From an uncultured delta proteobacterium (GTDB taxonomy: Bacteria; Myxococcota_A; Polyangia; Polyangiales; Polyangiaceae), in the NCBI GenBank assembly GCA_963716725.1, contig CAVQUB010000013.1:1-64000 (forward strand): DNA of 64,000 bases, in the 5' to 3' direction. Made by a program: the position numbers and the translations under genes. Numbering within the stretch: the first letter of the stretch is position 1; every line of letters starts with the position of its first letter. The notes beneath the pieces were generated by a model, which had not been told where the DNA came from, searched no databases, and worked only from the letters and a program-made list of their open reading frames with translations. Positions 1 through 9,742 of the stretch are shown one piece after another.

Positions 1-1
1 C

Positions 2-202
2 TCGGCGGGGCTCGATCCCGACGCGCTGCCGACCAGTGACCCTTCGCAGATGAGCTTCGGGTCCGGGCGCACCAAGGCGTGGCGCGACATCTGGGGAGCC
101 GGGCAAGGCGTCGGAGCGATCCACGAAGTACCGCCGGCCCGGGAGCTGGTAGCGCGAATTCGAGGCGAGTACCATGCGGCCCGCGCGGAGCTTTGCCCAT
201 GA
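2..202 (+). CDS. nitronate monooxygenase family protein, C-terminal part (truncated by window edge)
   Basis: Frame from base 2 reads ...MSFGSGRTKAWRDIWGAGQGVGAIHEVPPARELVARIRGEY...*, typical of the NMO/2-nitropropane dioxygenase C-terminus; stop overlaps the next ATG (ATGA). Confidence 0.8.
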   Translation, partial: SAGLDPDALPTSDPSQMSFGSGRTKAWRDIWGAGQGVGAIHEVPPARELVARIRGEYHAARAELCP

Positions 203-1079
203 TCCCCAAAGAACTGATCAAGGCGCTGCGCAAGATCGAGATCACGACCAACCGGCTCGCGACCGAGCAACTGTCGGGCAACTACACCTCGGTCTTCAAG
301 GGCCAGGGCCTCGCCTTCCGCGAAGTGCGCCAGTATCAGCCGGGCGATGACGTTCGCAGCATCGACTGGAACGTGAGCGCGCGCATGAACGAGACCTACG
401 TGAAGGTCTTCGTCGAGGAGCGCGAGATGACCGTGATGCTGGTGGTCGACCTCTCCGCCAGCGAGAGCTTCGGCACCCGGCGCTCGAGCAAGGCGGCGCT
501 CGCCGCCGAAGTCGCTGCGCTCTGCGCGTTCTCCGCCATCAAGCACAACGACCGCGTGGGCCTGATCCTGACCAGCGATCAGGTCGAGAAGATCGTTCCG
601 CCCAAGAAGGGCAGAAGCACGTGATGCGCGTGGTGCGGGAAATCCTGGGGGCAAAACCCGAGCGCGTTGGCACTGACCTCACCGTCGCGCTCGAGACGCT
701 CTACAACGTGGCCCGCCGCCGCAGCGTGGCCTTCTTGCTCTCGGACTTCTACGCCAGCGGCTACGAACGAACGCTGGCGCTGGCCGCAGCCCGTCACGAC
801 GTCATCCCCTGCATGTTGGTCGACCCTCGCGACGAAGAACTTCCCGACGTGGGGCTCGCCACCTTCGAAGACTTCGAGACCGGCGAGAGCGTGATGGTCG
901 ACACTTCGAGCGCGCGGGTGCGCGCGCACTACGCTCACTTCATGCGTGCGCAACGCGCCGAGCACGTGAAGACCTTCCGCAAGCTCGGCCTCGACCACGT
1001 CGTCATCCGCACCGACCAGCCCTACGTCAAGCCACTGCGCGACCTGTTCGCGCGGCGCGCGCGCCGGCTGCGCCGATGA
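199..1079 (+). CDS. DUF58 (MoxR-associated vWA-like) protein; one frameshift near 612
   Basis: FKGQGLAFREVRQYQPGDDVRSIDWNVSAR and VDLSAS motifs in 199-624; continues as KHVMRVVREIL...SDF...DPRDEELP in frame 621-1079. Confidence 0.9.
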
Positions 1080-1169
1080 GTACGCTCGTCAGGGCCAAAC
1101 CACCTGGACGACGTTCGAGCATAGCGAACCGGCTTGCCAACTCGGCTCGATGCCGCGCATCGTGAGCGC

Positions 1170-1535
1170 ATGCGCGACCCGATCCATTTGCTGCAGGCCT
1201 CCGAGCGCATCGACAAACCCTGGGCGCCTCGGGTGGTGGCATCGCTCAACGACTATCGCCTGAAGCTGGCGCGGCTCGAGGGCGAGTTCGTCTGGCATTC
1301 CCACGACGATACCGACGAGGCGTTCTACGTGCTCGCTGGCGAATTCGAGATGCAGCTGCGCGATGGCGTCGTGCCGGTTCGCGCGGGTGAGCTCGTGGTC
1401 GTTCCCAAGGGGCTCGAGCACCGACCCGTCGCCAGGGAGCCCTGCACGGTTCTGCTGGTCGAACCCGCGGGTTTGCTCAACGTCGGGAGCGCGCACGAGA
1501 CCGAGCTCGCGGCGCCCGTCGACGAGTGGCTCTGA
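1170..1535 (+). CDS. cupin domain protein
   Basis: GEFVWHSHDDTDEAFYVLAG and GELVVVPKGLEHRP cupin motifs. Confidence 0.9.
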   Translation: MRDPIHLLQASERIDKPWAPRVVASLNDYRLKLARLEGEFVWHSHDDTDEAFYVLAGEFEMQLRDGVVPVRAGELVVVPKGLEHRPVAREPCTVLLVEPAGLLNVGSAHETELAAPVDEWL

Positions 1536-1591
1536 GATGCCCGCTGGCTCGAGCCGTGCGCTCTGCCGCGCCCGATGACATGATGGGCCGC

Positions 1592-2335
1592 ATGCGTACG
1601 CTGCTTTGGCTCGTCGGGCTCGGCTTCGCTCTGGGATGTTCGGGCAACGACGACTCGTCGGCGGGCAGCGGCGGGAGCGCGGGCAGCGGCGGAAGCGACG
1701 CGGGCTGCGGAGCGCCTGACCTCGACTGCCCAAAGCTACGGCCATTCCCCGGCGCTCCCTGTGCGGCGCCAGCCGAGAAGATGTGCCAGTACCCCTCCGA
1801 CATGTTCCAATGCGCAAACGGCAAGTGGCAACAGCTGTGCATGGGCACCTGCGCCCCGCCGCTGAGCGAGGCCTGTGACCAGCCCTTCCCGGACGTGCTG
1901 GCAGACGCGACGCTCCAAGTCGGCCACGTCGATGGAGCCGGCTTCAGCAGCTACGCCGATGGTCAGCCCATCGACGTGATCTGGGGCGGCCAGGGCGCGG
2001 CGATGCTCGCCTACCGCCTGCGCATCAGCGCGCCGGTGAACGCCCCGACCTGTGTGCTGACCGAGACCACGTTGAGCGTGGGCGGGCAGTCCACGCTGCC
2101 AAGCAAATTGCCCGTGACCTTGCGCTGCACCGATTCCCTCGCGGTCTACGCGATGGCGCCCGTCGAGTTCTTCGCCTGCGCGCCGGGTGAGCAGGTGCCG
2201 ATCACGCTGAAGGTCAAGGTGGCGGGGGTGGGCGAGAAGACCTTTGCCCTCACCGTCGACGCGGGCATCAGCTGCTCCACCTTCGATGGTGACGGCGGGC
2301 CCGGCGGCGACGGCGGGCTCGACGCCGCGGACTGA
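1592..2335 (+). CDS. Cys-rich lipoprotein, hypothetical
   Basis: Signal peptide with lipobox FALGC, Gly/Ser linker, Cys-rich body. Confidence 0.7.
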   Translation: MRTLLWLVGLGFALGCSGNDDSSAGSGGSAGSGGSDAGCGAPDLDCPKLRPFPGAPCAAPAEKMCQYPSDMFQCANGKWQQLCMGTCAPPLSEACDQPFPDVLADATLQVGHVDGAGFSSYADGQPIDVIWGGQGAAMLAYRLRISAPVNAPTCVLTETTLSVGGQSTLPSKLPVTLRCTDSLAVYAMAPVEFFACAPGEQVPITLKVKVAGVGEKTFALTVDAGISCSTFDGDGGPGGDGGLDAAD

Positions 2336-2598
2336 GATTCCGCGCCCGAGGGGCGCCAGGTTGCCGACCAGATCCCGGAGCCGGAGGCCGCGGCGCTCCG
2401 GTCCTGCTGGAAGCTGGCCGCGCATTTGCCCGTGTCGCCCGGGACGACAAACCCCTGGCTAAGCCCGCACGTCGGAATACGGATGGCCCCGAGATTGTCT
2501 TGTGCGAGCGGGTCGAGCTATAGCAAGCGCCGGTTTTTTCCGTGGAGCTTCGCAGGGATGGACAAGGTCATCGCGCCCCGCCGGAGGCAGCCCCGGCC

Positions 2599-3708
2599 GT
2601 GAGAGCGGCGGCCCTGATCGTGCTCCTCGGCTCGTGGCCGGCCGTCGCGTCCGCAGACGCCGGGGTGGACTCGGGTCGGCTCGGGAGCGTGGCTGCGACC
2701 TGCACGGAGCGTTGGCCCGAGGGCAAGCCGCGACCCAAACTCGAGGAGCGGTTCCCGGAAAAGGGAACGAGTGGCTGGGCCGCGACCCTCGAGGTCGTGG
2801 TCGAGCACGGCAAGGGTGAGACCGTCTTGCCCAACGGATTTCGGATCGAGCTCGAGAGCGATGCGGCGCGCGCCCTCGAGCGCGCTGGTTTCGCGCTGCC
2901 TGATCCCGAGGGCGGCGCTGGACCCAGCATCGAAGTCGTCGCGAGCGGTGAGAGCGCAAAGAGCACCGTCAAGGTCCCGGTCGTCGCGCTGCCGCCCAAG
3001 CCCGGACGCAACGTGATGGAGCTGCCACCCTTGCCCATCGCCATCGCCCGCGCCAGCGGAGAGATCGTCACGCTGTGCACCGCCCCGCACAGCATCGTGG
3101 TCGAAGATCCAATCGCGAACACTCCAGACGCGAAGCCGAAGGACAACCCGCCACCGCGCCCGCAGCCGGAGGTCTGGACCGCCGCGCAGCAGGTCGCCTT
3201 GGCAGCGCTGATCGCGCTCGTGGTGGGCGCGCTCTTGGCGTGGCTGATCGGACGTTGGCGCGCTCGCCCCAAGCCCGCCGCGCCGCCACCACCGCCGCGC
3301 CCACCCTGGGAAGTGGCCATCGAAGAGCTCGGCGATCTGCGGGCCCGCGAGTTGATCAAGAACGAGCGCTTCACCGAGCACTACGACCTCGTGTCGCATA
3401 TCGTGCGCAAGTACTGCGGCGATCGCTACGGCTTCGACGGCCTCGAGAGCACGACCCGAGAGATGATGAGCGTCCTCCGGCGTGTCGTGCCGGCGATCCC
3501 AGTGCTGGCCGAGATCGAAGAGTCGCTGCGCCACGCAGATCTGGTGAAATTCGCCCGGCTGACTCCCACCGGCGACGAGTGCAAAGAAGCCCTGGGTCGG
3601 GCCGAGGAAATCGTGCGCCGAACCGTGCCGCTGATGACCGAGCCGCCGCCTTTGCCGCCCGCCAGCCGCACCGAGCCGCGCGCCGGTGAAGGAGCCGGAG
3701 CCCGATGA
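2599..3708 (+). CDS. Bat-operon membrane protein (BatD-like/DUF4381-like)
   Basis: Signal peptide, beta-rich domain, single TM helix, PPWEVAIEEL...IVRKY...LESTTREM...ADLVKFAR tail typical of the gene preceding batA; start uncertain (2542 or 2599). Confidence 0.75.
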   Translation: MRAAALIVLLGSWPAVASADAGVDSGRLGSVAATCTERWPEGKPRPKLEERFPEKGTSGWAATLEVVVEHGKGETVLPNGFRIELESDAARALERAGFALPDPEGGAGPSIEVVASGESAKSTVKVPVVALPPKPGRNVMELPPLPIAIARASGEIVTLCTAPHSIVVEDPIANTPDAKPKDNPPPRPQPEVWTAAQQVALAALIALVVGALLAWLIGRWRARPKPAAPPPPPRPPWEVAIEELGDLRARELIKNERFTEHYDLVSHIVRKYCGDRYGFDGLESTTREMMSVLRRVVPAIPVLAEIEESLRHADLVKFARLTPTGDECKEALGRAEEIVRRTVPLMTEPPPLPPASRTEPRAGEGAGAR

Positions 3709-4927
3709 AGCGCCCGGAGCTGCCCGCGCAGCAAGCGGAGCCTTCGCCCGCGACCGCGGCCACCGGGCCCGGGCTCGCGGATCCTGGCAGCGCATCGGCT
3801 TCGTGACCCTCGCGCTCGTCGTCGCGTTGGGCGCAGGCCTGGCGTACCCGGCCGTCGCGCGGGGGCCCGAGCTCGTGAGCGCGAGTTGGCAGAACTGGTG
3901 GCTGTTGCCGCTCTTGGTGCTGGTCCCCGTCGTATTCTGGCGCGCGACCTGGGGCGAAGACCGCCGCACTCCGCGGCTGCGCCTCGGGACGCTCGCTCCC
4001 TTCGCCGTCGGTCCCGTGGGCTGGCACGTGTGGCTGCGGGATGTTCCGGGAGTGTTCCGATCGGTGGGCTTCGGCCTGTTTGTCCTGGCGTTGGCGCGCC
4101 CCATCAACACGCTGCGACCCGAGGTCGGCACCGAGCGAGGCATCGACGTCGTGCTCGTGCTCGACCTTTCCGGATCGATGCAGGCCGTGATCGACAACGT
4201 GCCCGAAAACCTGTCCAAGTTCATGCCGCGAGATCGCGATCGCCGCATTCGGCCCACGCGGCTCGACGTGGCCAAGGCCGTGATTCGGGACTTCATCTCG
4301 CGGCGCAAGACCGACCGCATCGGCGTGGTGGTGTTCGGCAAGGAGGCTTACGTGCTGTCGCCTCCGACGCTCGACTATCACTTGCTGGACGCGCTGGTGG
4401 CAAAGATGGAACTGAAGCTCATCGACGGCAGCGCCACGGCCATCGGAGACGCGACGGGCGTCGCTTCCGCGCGGCTCCGCCGCAGTCAGGCCCAGAGCAA
4501 GGCCATCATGTTGCTCACGGATGGCGACAACAACGCTGGGCAGATCTCGCCGGAGTACGCCGCGCACCTGGCCAAGCTGGTGGGCGCGAAGCTCTTCACC
4601 ATCCAGATCGGCAGCGGCGACGTCGCCGAGGTGCAAGACGGCTTCGACCTGTTCGGGCAGCCGCGCTACGTGACGGTCCCCTTCCCGGTCAACCCCGCGC
4701 TACTGAAGAAGCTGGCCGACGAGACCGGCGGAGAGACCTACGTGGCGAGCGACGCAGCGAAGCTCCAGGAGAGCTTCCACGACGTGCTCGACAAGCTCGA
4801 GAAGACACGCTTCGAGGCCAGCATCTCCAGCTTCGAGGACATGTACCGCTTCCTGCTCCTGCCGGGCGTGCTGCTCATCGCGCTCGACGCCATCTTGCGC
4901 GCGCTGATGCTGCGGAGGTTCCCGTGA
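3686..4927 (+). CDS. batA: BatA-type vWA domain membrane protein
   Basis: LALARP, MIDAS DLSGSM, DRIGVVVFG, TAIGDA, LLTDGDNNAG, C-terminal TM helix. Confidence 0.85.
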   Translation: MKEPEPDEAPGAARAASGAFARDRGHRARARGSWQRIGFVTLALVVALGAGLAYPAVARGPELVSASWQNWWLLPLLVLVPVVFWRATWGEDRRTPRLRLGTLAPFAVGPVGWHVWLRDVPGVFRSVGFGLFVLALARPINTLRPEVGTERGIDVVLVLDLSGSMQAVIDNVPENLSKFMPRDRDRRIRPTRLDVAKAVIRDFISRRKTDRIGVVVFGKEAYVLSPPTLDYHLLDALVAKMELKLIDGSATAIGDATGVASARLRRSQAQSKAIMLLTDGDNNAGQISPEYAAHLAKLVGAKLFTIQIGSGDVAEVQDGFDLFGQPRYVTVPFPVNPALLKKLADETGGETYVASDAAKLQESFHDVLDKLEKTRFEASISSFEDMYRFLLLPGVLLIALDAILRALMLRRFP

Positions 4928-7023
4928 AGTTCGCGCAGCCGCTCTGGCTGGTCGGAACCGGCCTCGCAGTCGTGGTCGCAGTGCTGCTCATCACCGGCGG
5001 AGTCTTGTTGGTCCGGTCGGTACGGCGATTCGGGGACGAGCAGTTGGTCGAGGGCCTGCTCACCGCAAAACCCGGCGGTCGCCGAGCCTTCAAGGGCGCG
5101 CTCCTCGTGCTCGCCGTCGCCTTCGGCTTCTTCGCGGCCGCTCAGCCTCAGTACGGTCGCGGCACACGGATCATTCCGGCCACGAACCTGGATGTCATCG
5201 TCGCGCTCGACTACTCGAAGAGCATGCACGCGCGCGATGTCAAACCGTCGCGCACCGCACGGGCAAAGACCGAGGTCGCTCAGCTCATCGCGGATCTGCC
5301 CGGGGCCCGCTTCGCGGCAGTGGCCTTTGCCGGCGAGCCGATGGCCTTCCCCATGACCAGTGATGGCGGGGCCGTCGCCCAGTTCTTCCGTCAGCTCTCG
5401 CCCAACGACATGCCAGTGGGCGGAACCGCCATCGCTCGAGCGCTCGAGGCCTCGCGAGATCTCTTCGCCCGAGATCCACTCTCGAAGACTCACAAGAAGG
5501 TCATCGTCCTGGTGACCGACGGCGAGGATCTCGAAGGCGATCCGGTGGGCGTAGCCGAGGCGGCAGCGCGAGACGGGGTCACCATCCACGTCGTGCAAAT
5601 CGGCGGGCGTACCCCCGAAGCTCTGCCAGAGGTGAGCGAAGCGGGGGAGATCACCGGCTGGCGCACCGACTCCGAGGGCAAGCCCATCACCACGCAGCTC
5701 TCGGCGGCCGGCGAGGCACAGCTCGGCAAGATCGCGACGGTGACCGGCGGCAACGTCGCGCGCAGCGAAGCGGGCTCCACCGGGATCCGCACCATTGCCG
5801 CCGCGCTGCGCAAGATGATGACTGGCGAGCTGAGCGAGCGGGTCGAGACCGTCTACGCAGACGTGTATCTGTGGCCCCTCGGCCTCTCGCTCCTGCTGCT
5901 CTTCGTCGAGACCTTCGTCCCGGAGACGTCCAGGCGCTCCCGCCCAACCCAGCTGCCTCCACCGCTGGACAAGTCCAAAGCGCGGCGTCGTCGACGCGGC
6001 AAGACGCTCGCGGCCCTCGGCGCGGGCACGCTGCTGGCGCTGGTGTTCCCCCTCGGATGTGACGGCGGCATGGACCGCGTGTTCGAGCGGAACGCCCCTC
6101 AGGTAAATGAGGCCATTTCCGCCCTCGATGCCGGGGACGCGCAGGTTGCCATTGGGCTCCTGGCGGACTACCTGGCGACCGGCAAGTGTGAAGAAGGTCA
6201 AATCAGCACTAACGACGGCTTGCGCAAGCGGTCGAACGCGACCTTCGACCTGGGACTGGGCCTGTTCGAGATCGCCGAGACCTTCGGCAAGCGCTTCGGC
6301 GACGAAGTGATCGCCGGCGACGCTGGGCTCTCCCCCCAAGAAGAGGCGGAGCTGGCCCAGCGCAGCGATCAGGTGGACTGCGCGCTGAAGATCGTCGAGC
6401 TGATCGCCCTCGATCAAGAGGTCCGCATCGACCTCCGAGCGCGAGCGCACTACCTGGCGGGCAACCTGGAGTTCTTGCGGCGCAGGTATCGCGCGGCCGT
6501 CACCCACTACGATCGCGCGCTCAAGCTCATCCCGGGGCTGCCCAACGACGCCGGCGACGAGGTCGGTCGAGACGCGGCGTGGAATCGATCCATCGCCCTT
6601 CGCCGAGCAGAAGACGAAGAAAACGCCAACGACGGCAGCCACGACGCGGAGCCAGACGCGAGCGACGCGAGCGAGGACTCGAAGCCCGACGGCGACGACG
6701 GGGACGCACCGGAAGCCGGCAACGACTCCGGCGAAGGGGGAGGAGGACCAGACGGGGGAACCGACAGCGGCCCCGACACCGGCGACGACGGCCAGAGCCA
6801 GAACGCCGACGAAGACGGCGGCAAGGAAGCGGGCACCGACAGCGGCGCCGATCCCAAGGATCAACCGGACGCCGGCGCGCCGCCGGAGCAGCAAGAGAGC
6901 CCGACCACCAATCAAGACGAACGCATGCTCGACATGCTCGAGCGCGCGCCGACCTTGCAGCAGCAGGCCGCCAAAAACCGCGCGCTCCAGCGCCAGCCAC
7001 GCACGGGCATGGAGGACAAGTGA
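4924..7023 (+). CDS. batB: BatB vWA domain fused to a BatC-like TPR/acidic region
   Basis: AQPQYG, DYSKSM, FAAVAFAG, LVTDGED; then TPR-like helices (AHYLAGN...YDRAL...AAWNR), acidic low-complexity stretch and MLDMLE tail; GTG overlaps batA stop. Confidence 0.8.
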   Translation: MKFAQPLWLVGTGLAVVVAVLLITGGVLLVRSVRRFGDEQLVEGLLTAKPGGRRAFKGALLVLAVAFGFFAAAQPQYGRGTRIIPATNLDVIVALDYSKSMHARDVKPSRTARAKTEVAQLIADLPGARFAAVAFAGEPMAFPMTSDGGAVAQFFRQLSPNDMPVGGTAIARALEASRDLFARDPLSKTHKKVIVLVTDGEDLEGDPVGVAEAAARDGVTIHVVQIGGRTPEALPEVSEAGEITGWRTDSEGKPITTQLSAAGEAQLGKIATVTGGNVARSEAGSTGIRTIAAALRKMMTGELSERVETVYADVYLWPLGLSLLLLFVETFVPETSRRSRPTQLPPPLDKSKARRRRRGKTLAALGAGTLLALVFPLGCDGGMDRVFERNAPQVNEAISALDAGDAQVAIGLLADYLATGKCEEGQISTNDGLRKRSNATFDLGLGLFEIAETFGKRFGDEVIAGDAGLSPQEEAELAQRSDQVDCALKIVELIALDQEVRIDLRARAHYLAGNLEFLRRRYRAAVTHYDRALKLIPGLPNDAGDEVGRDAAWNRSIALRRAEDEENANDGSHDAEPDASDASEDSKPDGDDGDAPEAGNDSGEGGGGPDGGTDSGPDTGDDGQSQNADEDGGKEAGTDSGADPKDQPDAGAPPEQQESPTTNQDERMLDMLERAPTLQQQAAKNRALQRQPRTGMEDK

Positions 7024-8879
7024 ACGCGCTCAGGCTGCTGTGCCTCGCGCTGGCGGTGCTCTGCGGAATCGGCTGGCCGAAGCCGGCTCGCGCCCAGAGC
7101 GTGGCATCGCTCAAGACCCAGGCTTCGAGTCGTCAGGTCGAGGTCGGAGAGTCGTTCACCGTGACCCTGACCGCGATGACCGACAAGGGAACGACGCTGC
7201 CGCAGGGCCCCTCGATCTCCGTGCCCTCGGGCATCAGCGTGAGCGGTCCGAGCGTCGCCATGCAGCAGCAGGTGACGCTGCAGGGTGGGAGCTTCCAGCA
7301 GCGCTTCGGCATCAGCGCCACCTGGACCCTCGAGGCGCAGAAGCCGGGCCGCTACCGCATCGGCCCGCCGAGCGTGGCCGTGGGCACGCGGCGCGTGTCC
7401 GGCGACGTAGTCGAGGTCGAGGTGGTGGCCGCAGGCGGATCGCCCAGGCCGCGACGCCGCGATCCCATGGACCCCTTTGGCTTCGGGTTGCCTTCACTTC
7501 CGGGATTTCCCCTCGGAGACGATCCGCCGCTGGATCTCCCCGCCTTCCCCGAAGAACTACGGGTCTCGGCGGCGGAAGAGCCCGTGGCCTTCCTGCGGGC
7601 GGTTGCCACGCCGTCGCGGGTGGTCATGGGCGAGCAAGTCACGCTCAAGATCTTCGCTTACGGCGGGCGCGGTCCCTTTCGCGAGACGCACACCTCGGAG
7701 CCGAGCCGCGAGTCGTTCCTGGCCCACACCCTCCTCGAGAACTCCTACGGCGAGACGATGCACCGCGTGCCCATCGCCGGTGAGACCTGGCACGTCAAGA
7801 AGGTGCGAGAGCTCGCGCTCTTCCCGATCCGCACCGGAAAGCTGACCATCGGCGCCATGCGCATGGGCTTCGACGGCCGCGGCTATCCCAGCTCCAGCGC
7901 CCACAAGGGCCTGGTCAGGCACAGCGCACCGATCGTCATCGACGTCGTCGAACCTCCGCTTCAAGGGCGTCCGGCCGGCTACAAGTCGGGAGACGTGGGA
8001 CGCTTCGCGCTCAGTGCGAACGTCGAGCCACGGGAGCTTACAGCGGGGGACGCGGTGAGCGTCGTGGCCAAGCTCGAAGGCACGGGGCACCTGCCCTTCG
8101 ATCTCAAAACGCCGCAGCGAACAGGGGTGACCTGGCTCGAGCCCACCACCGTGGAAGAGATCGAGCCGCGTGGAACGAGGATCGGTGGGTGGCGCAAGCT
8201 CACCTACGTCGTCCGTATCGACACCGCCGGCGACGTCGATCTGGGCGAACTCAGCCTTCCCTACTGGGATCCCGAGCGTGAGTCCTACGACGTGGCCAAG
8301 GTGTCGCTGGGACTGATCAAGGTTCGGCCGGGAAGTGGATCGGCCAACGACGCAAAGCACGACGACGCGCTCGCGGGCGTGGTGACGGCGCGAAAGACCC
8401 TCGGTTCGCCGCCGAAAGGACCCTTCACCCTCGGCAACCACGCGCTCTTTTGGCTCGCGCTCGCCCTGGCGCCCCTCGGCGTCGTGCTGGCCGGCGCGGG
8501 GCATCGTGTTGGCAGTCGCCTCTCGACCCACTGGCGGCAAAAATCCCGGAGCCACGTCTCGCTGGCGCGGGAGGCCCTCGCCGATGCCCGCGCCGCGTTG
8601 AAGAGGCAGGACGCGGCCGAAGCCGCGAACCTGAGCGAGAGGGCGGTACTCCTCGCCGTGGAGGGCGCGACCACTCTGCGTGCGCGCGCTGTGCTCAAGA
8701 GCGAGCTCGGCGGCGAGCTCACGGCTCGCGGCGTGGACCCCGCGGTCGCCGAGGACATCGTCACGCTCCTCGAACGCTGCGACGACCTGCGCTTCACGGG
8801 CGATGCGGACGCTCTCGGGGCAGAGGCTCTGGTGGAGCGGGCGGCCACCGTCGTGCGATCGCTGGGGCGCGGTGCATGA
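7020..8879 (+). CDS. batD: BatD family protein
   Basis: Signal peptide, VEVGESFTVTL, PGRYRIGP, GDVGRFALSA, C-terminal TM helix; GTGA overlap with upstream gene. Confidence 0.85.
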   Translation: MNALRLLCLALAVLCGIGWPKPARAQSVASLKTQASSRQVEVGESFTVTLTAMTDKGTTLPQGPSISVPSGISVSGPSVAMQQQVTLQGGSFQQRFGISATWTLEAQKPGRYRIGPPSVAVGTRRVSGDVVEVEVVAAGGSPRPRRRDPMDPFGFGLPSLPGFPLGDDPPLDLPAFPEELRVSAAEEPVAFLRAVATPSRVVMGEQVTLKIFAYGGRGPFRETHTSEPSRESFLAHTLLENSYGETMHRVPIAGETWHVKKVRELALFPIRTGKLTIGAMRMGFDGRGYPSSSAHKGLVRHSAPIVIDVVEPPLQGRPAGYKSGDVGRFALSANVEPRELTAGDAVSVVAKLEGTGHLPFDLKTPQRTGVTWLEPTTVEEIEPRGTRIGGWRKLTYVVRIDTAGDVDLGELSLPYWDPERESYDVAKVSLGLIKVRPGSGSANDAKHDDALAGVVTARKTLGSPPKGPFTLGNHALFWLALALAPLGVVLAGAGHRVGSRLSTHWRQKSRSHVSLAREALADARAALKRQDAAEAANLSERAVLLAVEGATTLRARAVLKSELGGELTARGVDPAVAEDIVTLLERCDDLRFTGDADALGAEALVERAATVVRSLGRGA

Positions 8880-9703
8880 GACGCTGGCTGGCTGCCTCGG
8901 TGATCTGCCTCTCGATGCTCGCGTCGCCCCCGAGTTCGGCCCAGGTGTCACCCGAGAAATCCTTCGCAGACGCCGTCCAGAGCCTGGAGCGCGGCGCCCA
9001 CGACGACGCCATCGATCGTCTGGAATCCCTGGCCGACAGCGGATTTTCTCACGCGGACGCGAGCTTCAACCGCGGGGTGGCCTACATCGAGCGCGCGCGA
9101 TCGCCCAACGCGCGGCCCGGCGATCTGGGACGCGCCGTCGCGGCGCTCGAGGAGACGCTGCTGCTCCGACCGAACGATGCGGAGGCCGAACGCGCTCTAG
9201 AATTGGTCCGCGGAGAGATCGCCCGCCGTCGCGCCCGCGAAGGGGCGGAGCCCGTCATCGCCAAGACCACCCTCGGCCGCGCACTCGTGGGGCTCTTGCC
9301 CGAGCTCGTCTGGGCCGTGCTCGCCTCGATCGGGTCGCTGATGCTCAGCGTGGGGCTCGCCGGGCGCTGGTTGTCCCGCGTCGAGCGCCTGCGGCTCGCG
9401 GCCACGACGGTCGCGAGCGTTGGAGGTGTCCTGTTGGCGTCGTGCGGCGCACTGGGGCTCACGGCTCGCCACTTTCGCCTCAGGTCGAAGCCGGCGGTGG
9501 TGGTGGTGAGCGACGCTCGTTTGCTGGACGAAGCCGGCAAGCCGGTCGTGCAGCGGGGCGGAGTGCCCGAGCACCTGTCGGCACCCGAAGGCGCGAGCTT
9601 GTTCGTGCGCGAACGTCGCAACGAGTTGGTGCGGGTCGAGTGGGGCACCACCGAGGCTTGGATGCAGGCCGCCCAGGTTCGGTTGGTCGCCGGCGGGAGC
9701 TGA
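8876..9703 (+). CDS. batE: BatE-like TPR + SH3-like protein
   Basis: Signal peptide, TPR (ASFNRGVAY...GRAVAALEETLLLRPND), two TM helices, C-terminal SH3-like segment; ATGA overlap. Confidence 0.75.
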   Translation: MRRWLAASVICLSMLASPPSSAQVSPEKSFADAVQSLERGAHDDAIDRLESLADSGFSHADASFNRGVAYIERARSPNARPGDLGRAVAALEETLLLRPNDAEAERALELVRGEIARRRAREGAEPVIAKTTLGRALVGLLPELVWAVLASIGSLMLSVGLAGRWLSRVERLRLAATTVASVGGVLLASCGALGLTARHFRLRSKPAVVVVSDARLLDEAGKPVVQRGGVPEHLSAPEGASLFVRERRNELVRVEWGTTEAWMQAAQVRLVAGGS

Positions 9704-9742
9704 GGCCTACCGCGTGCAGCCCTGAGGCTCTACACTCGCGGG

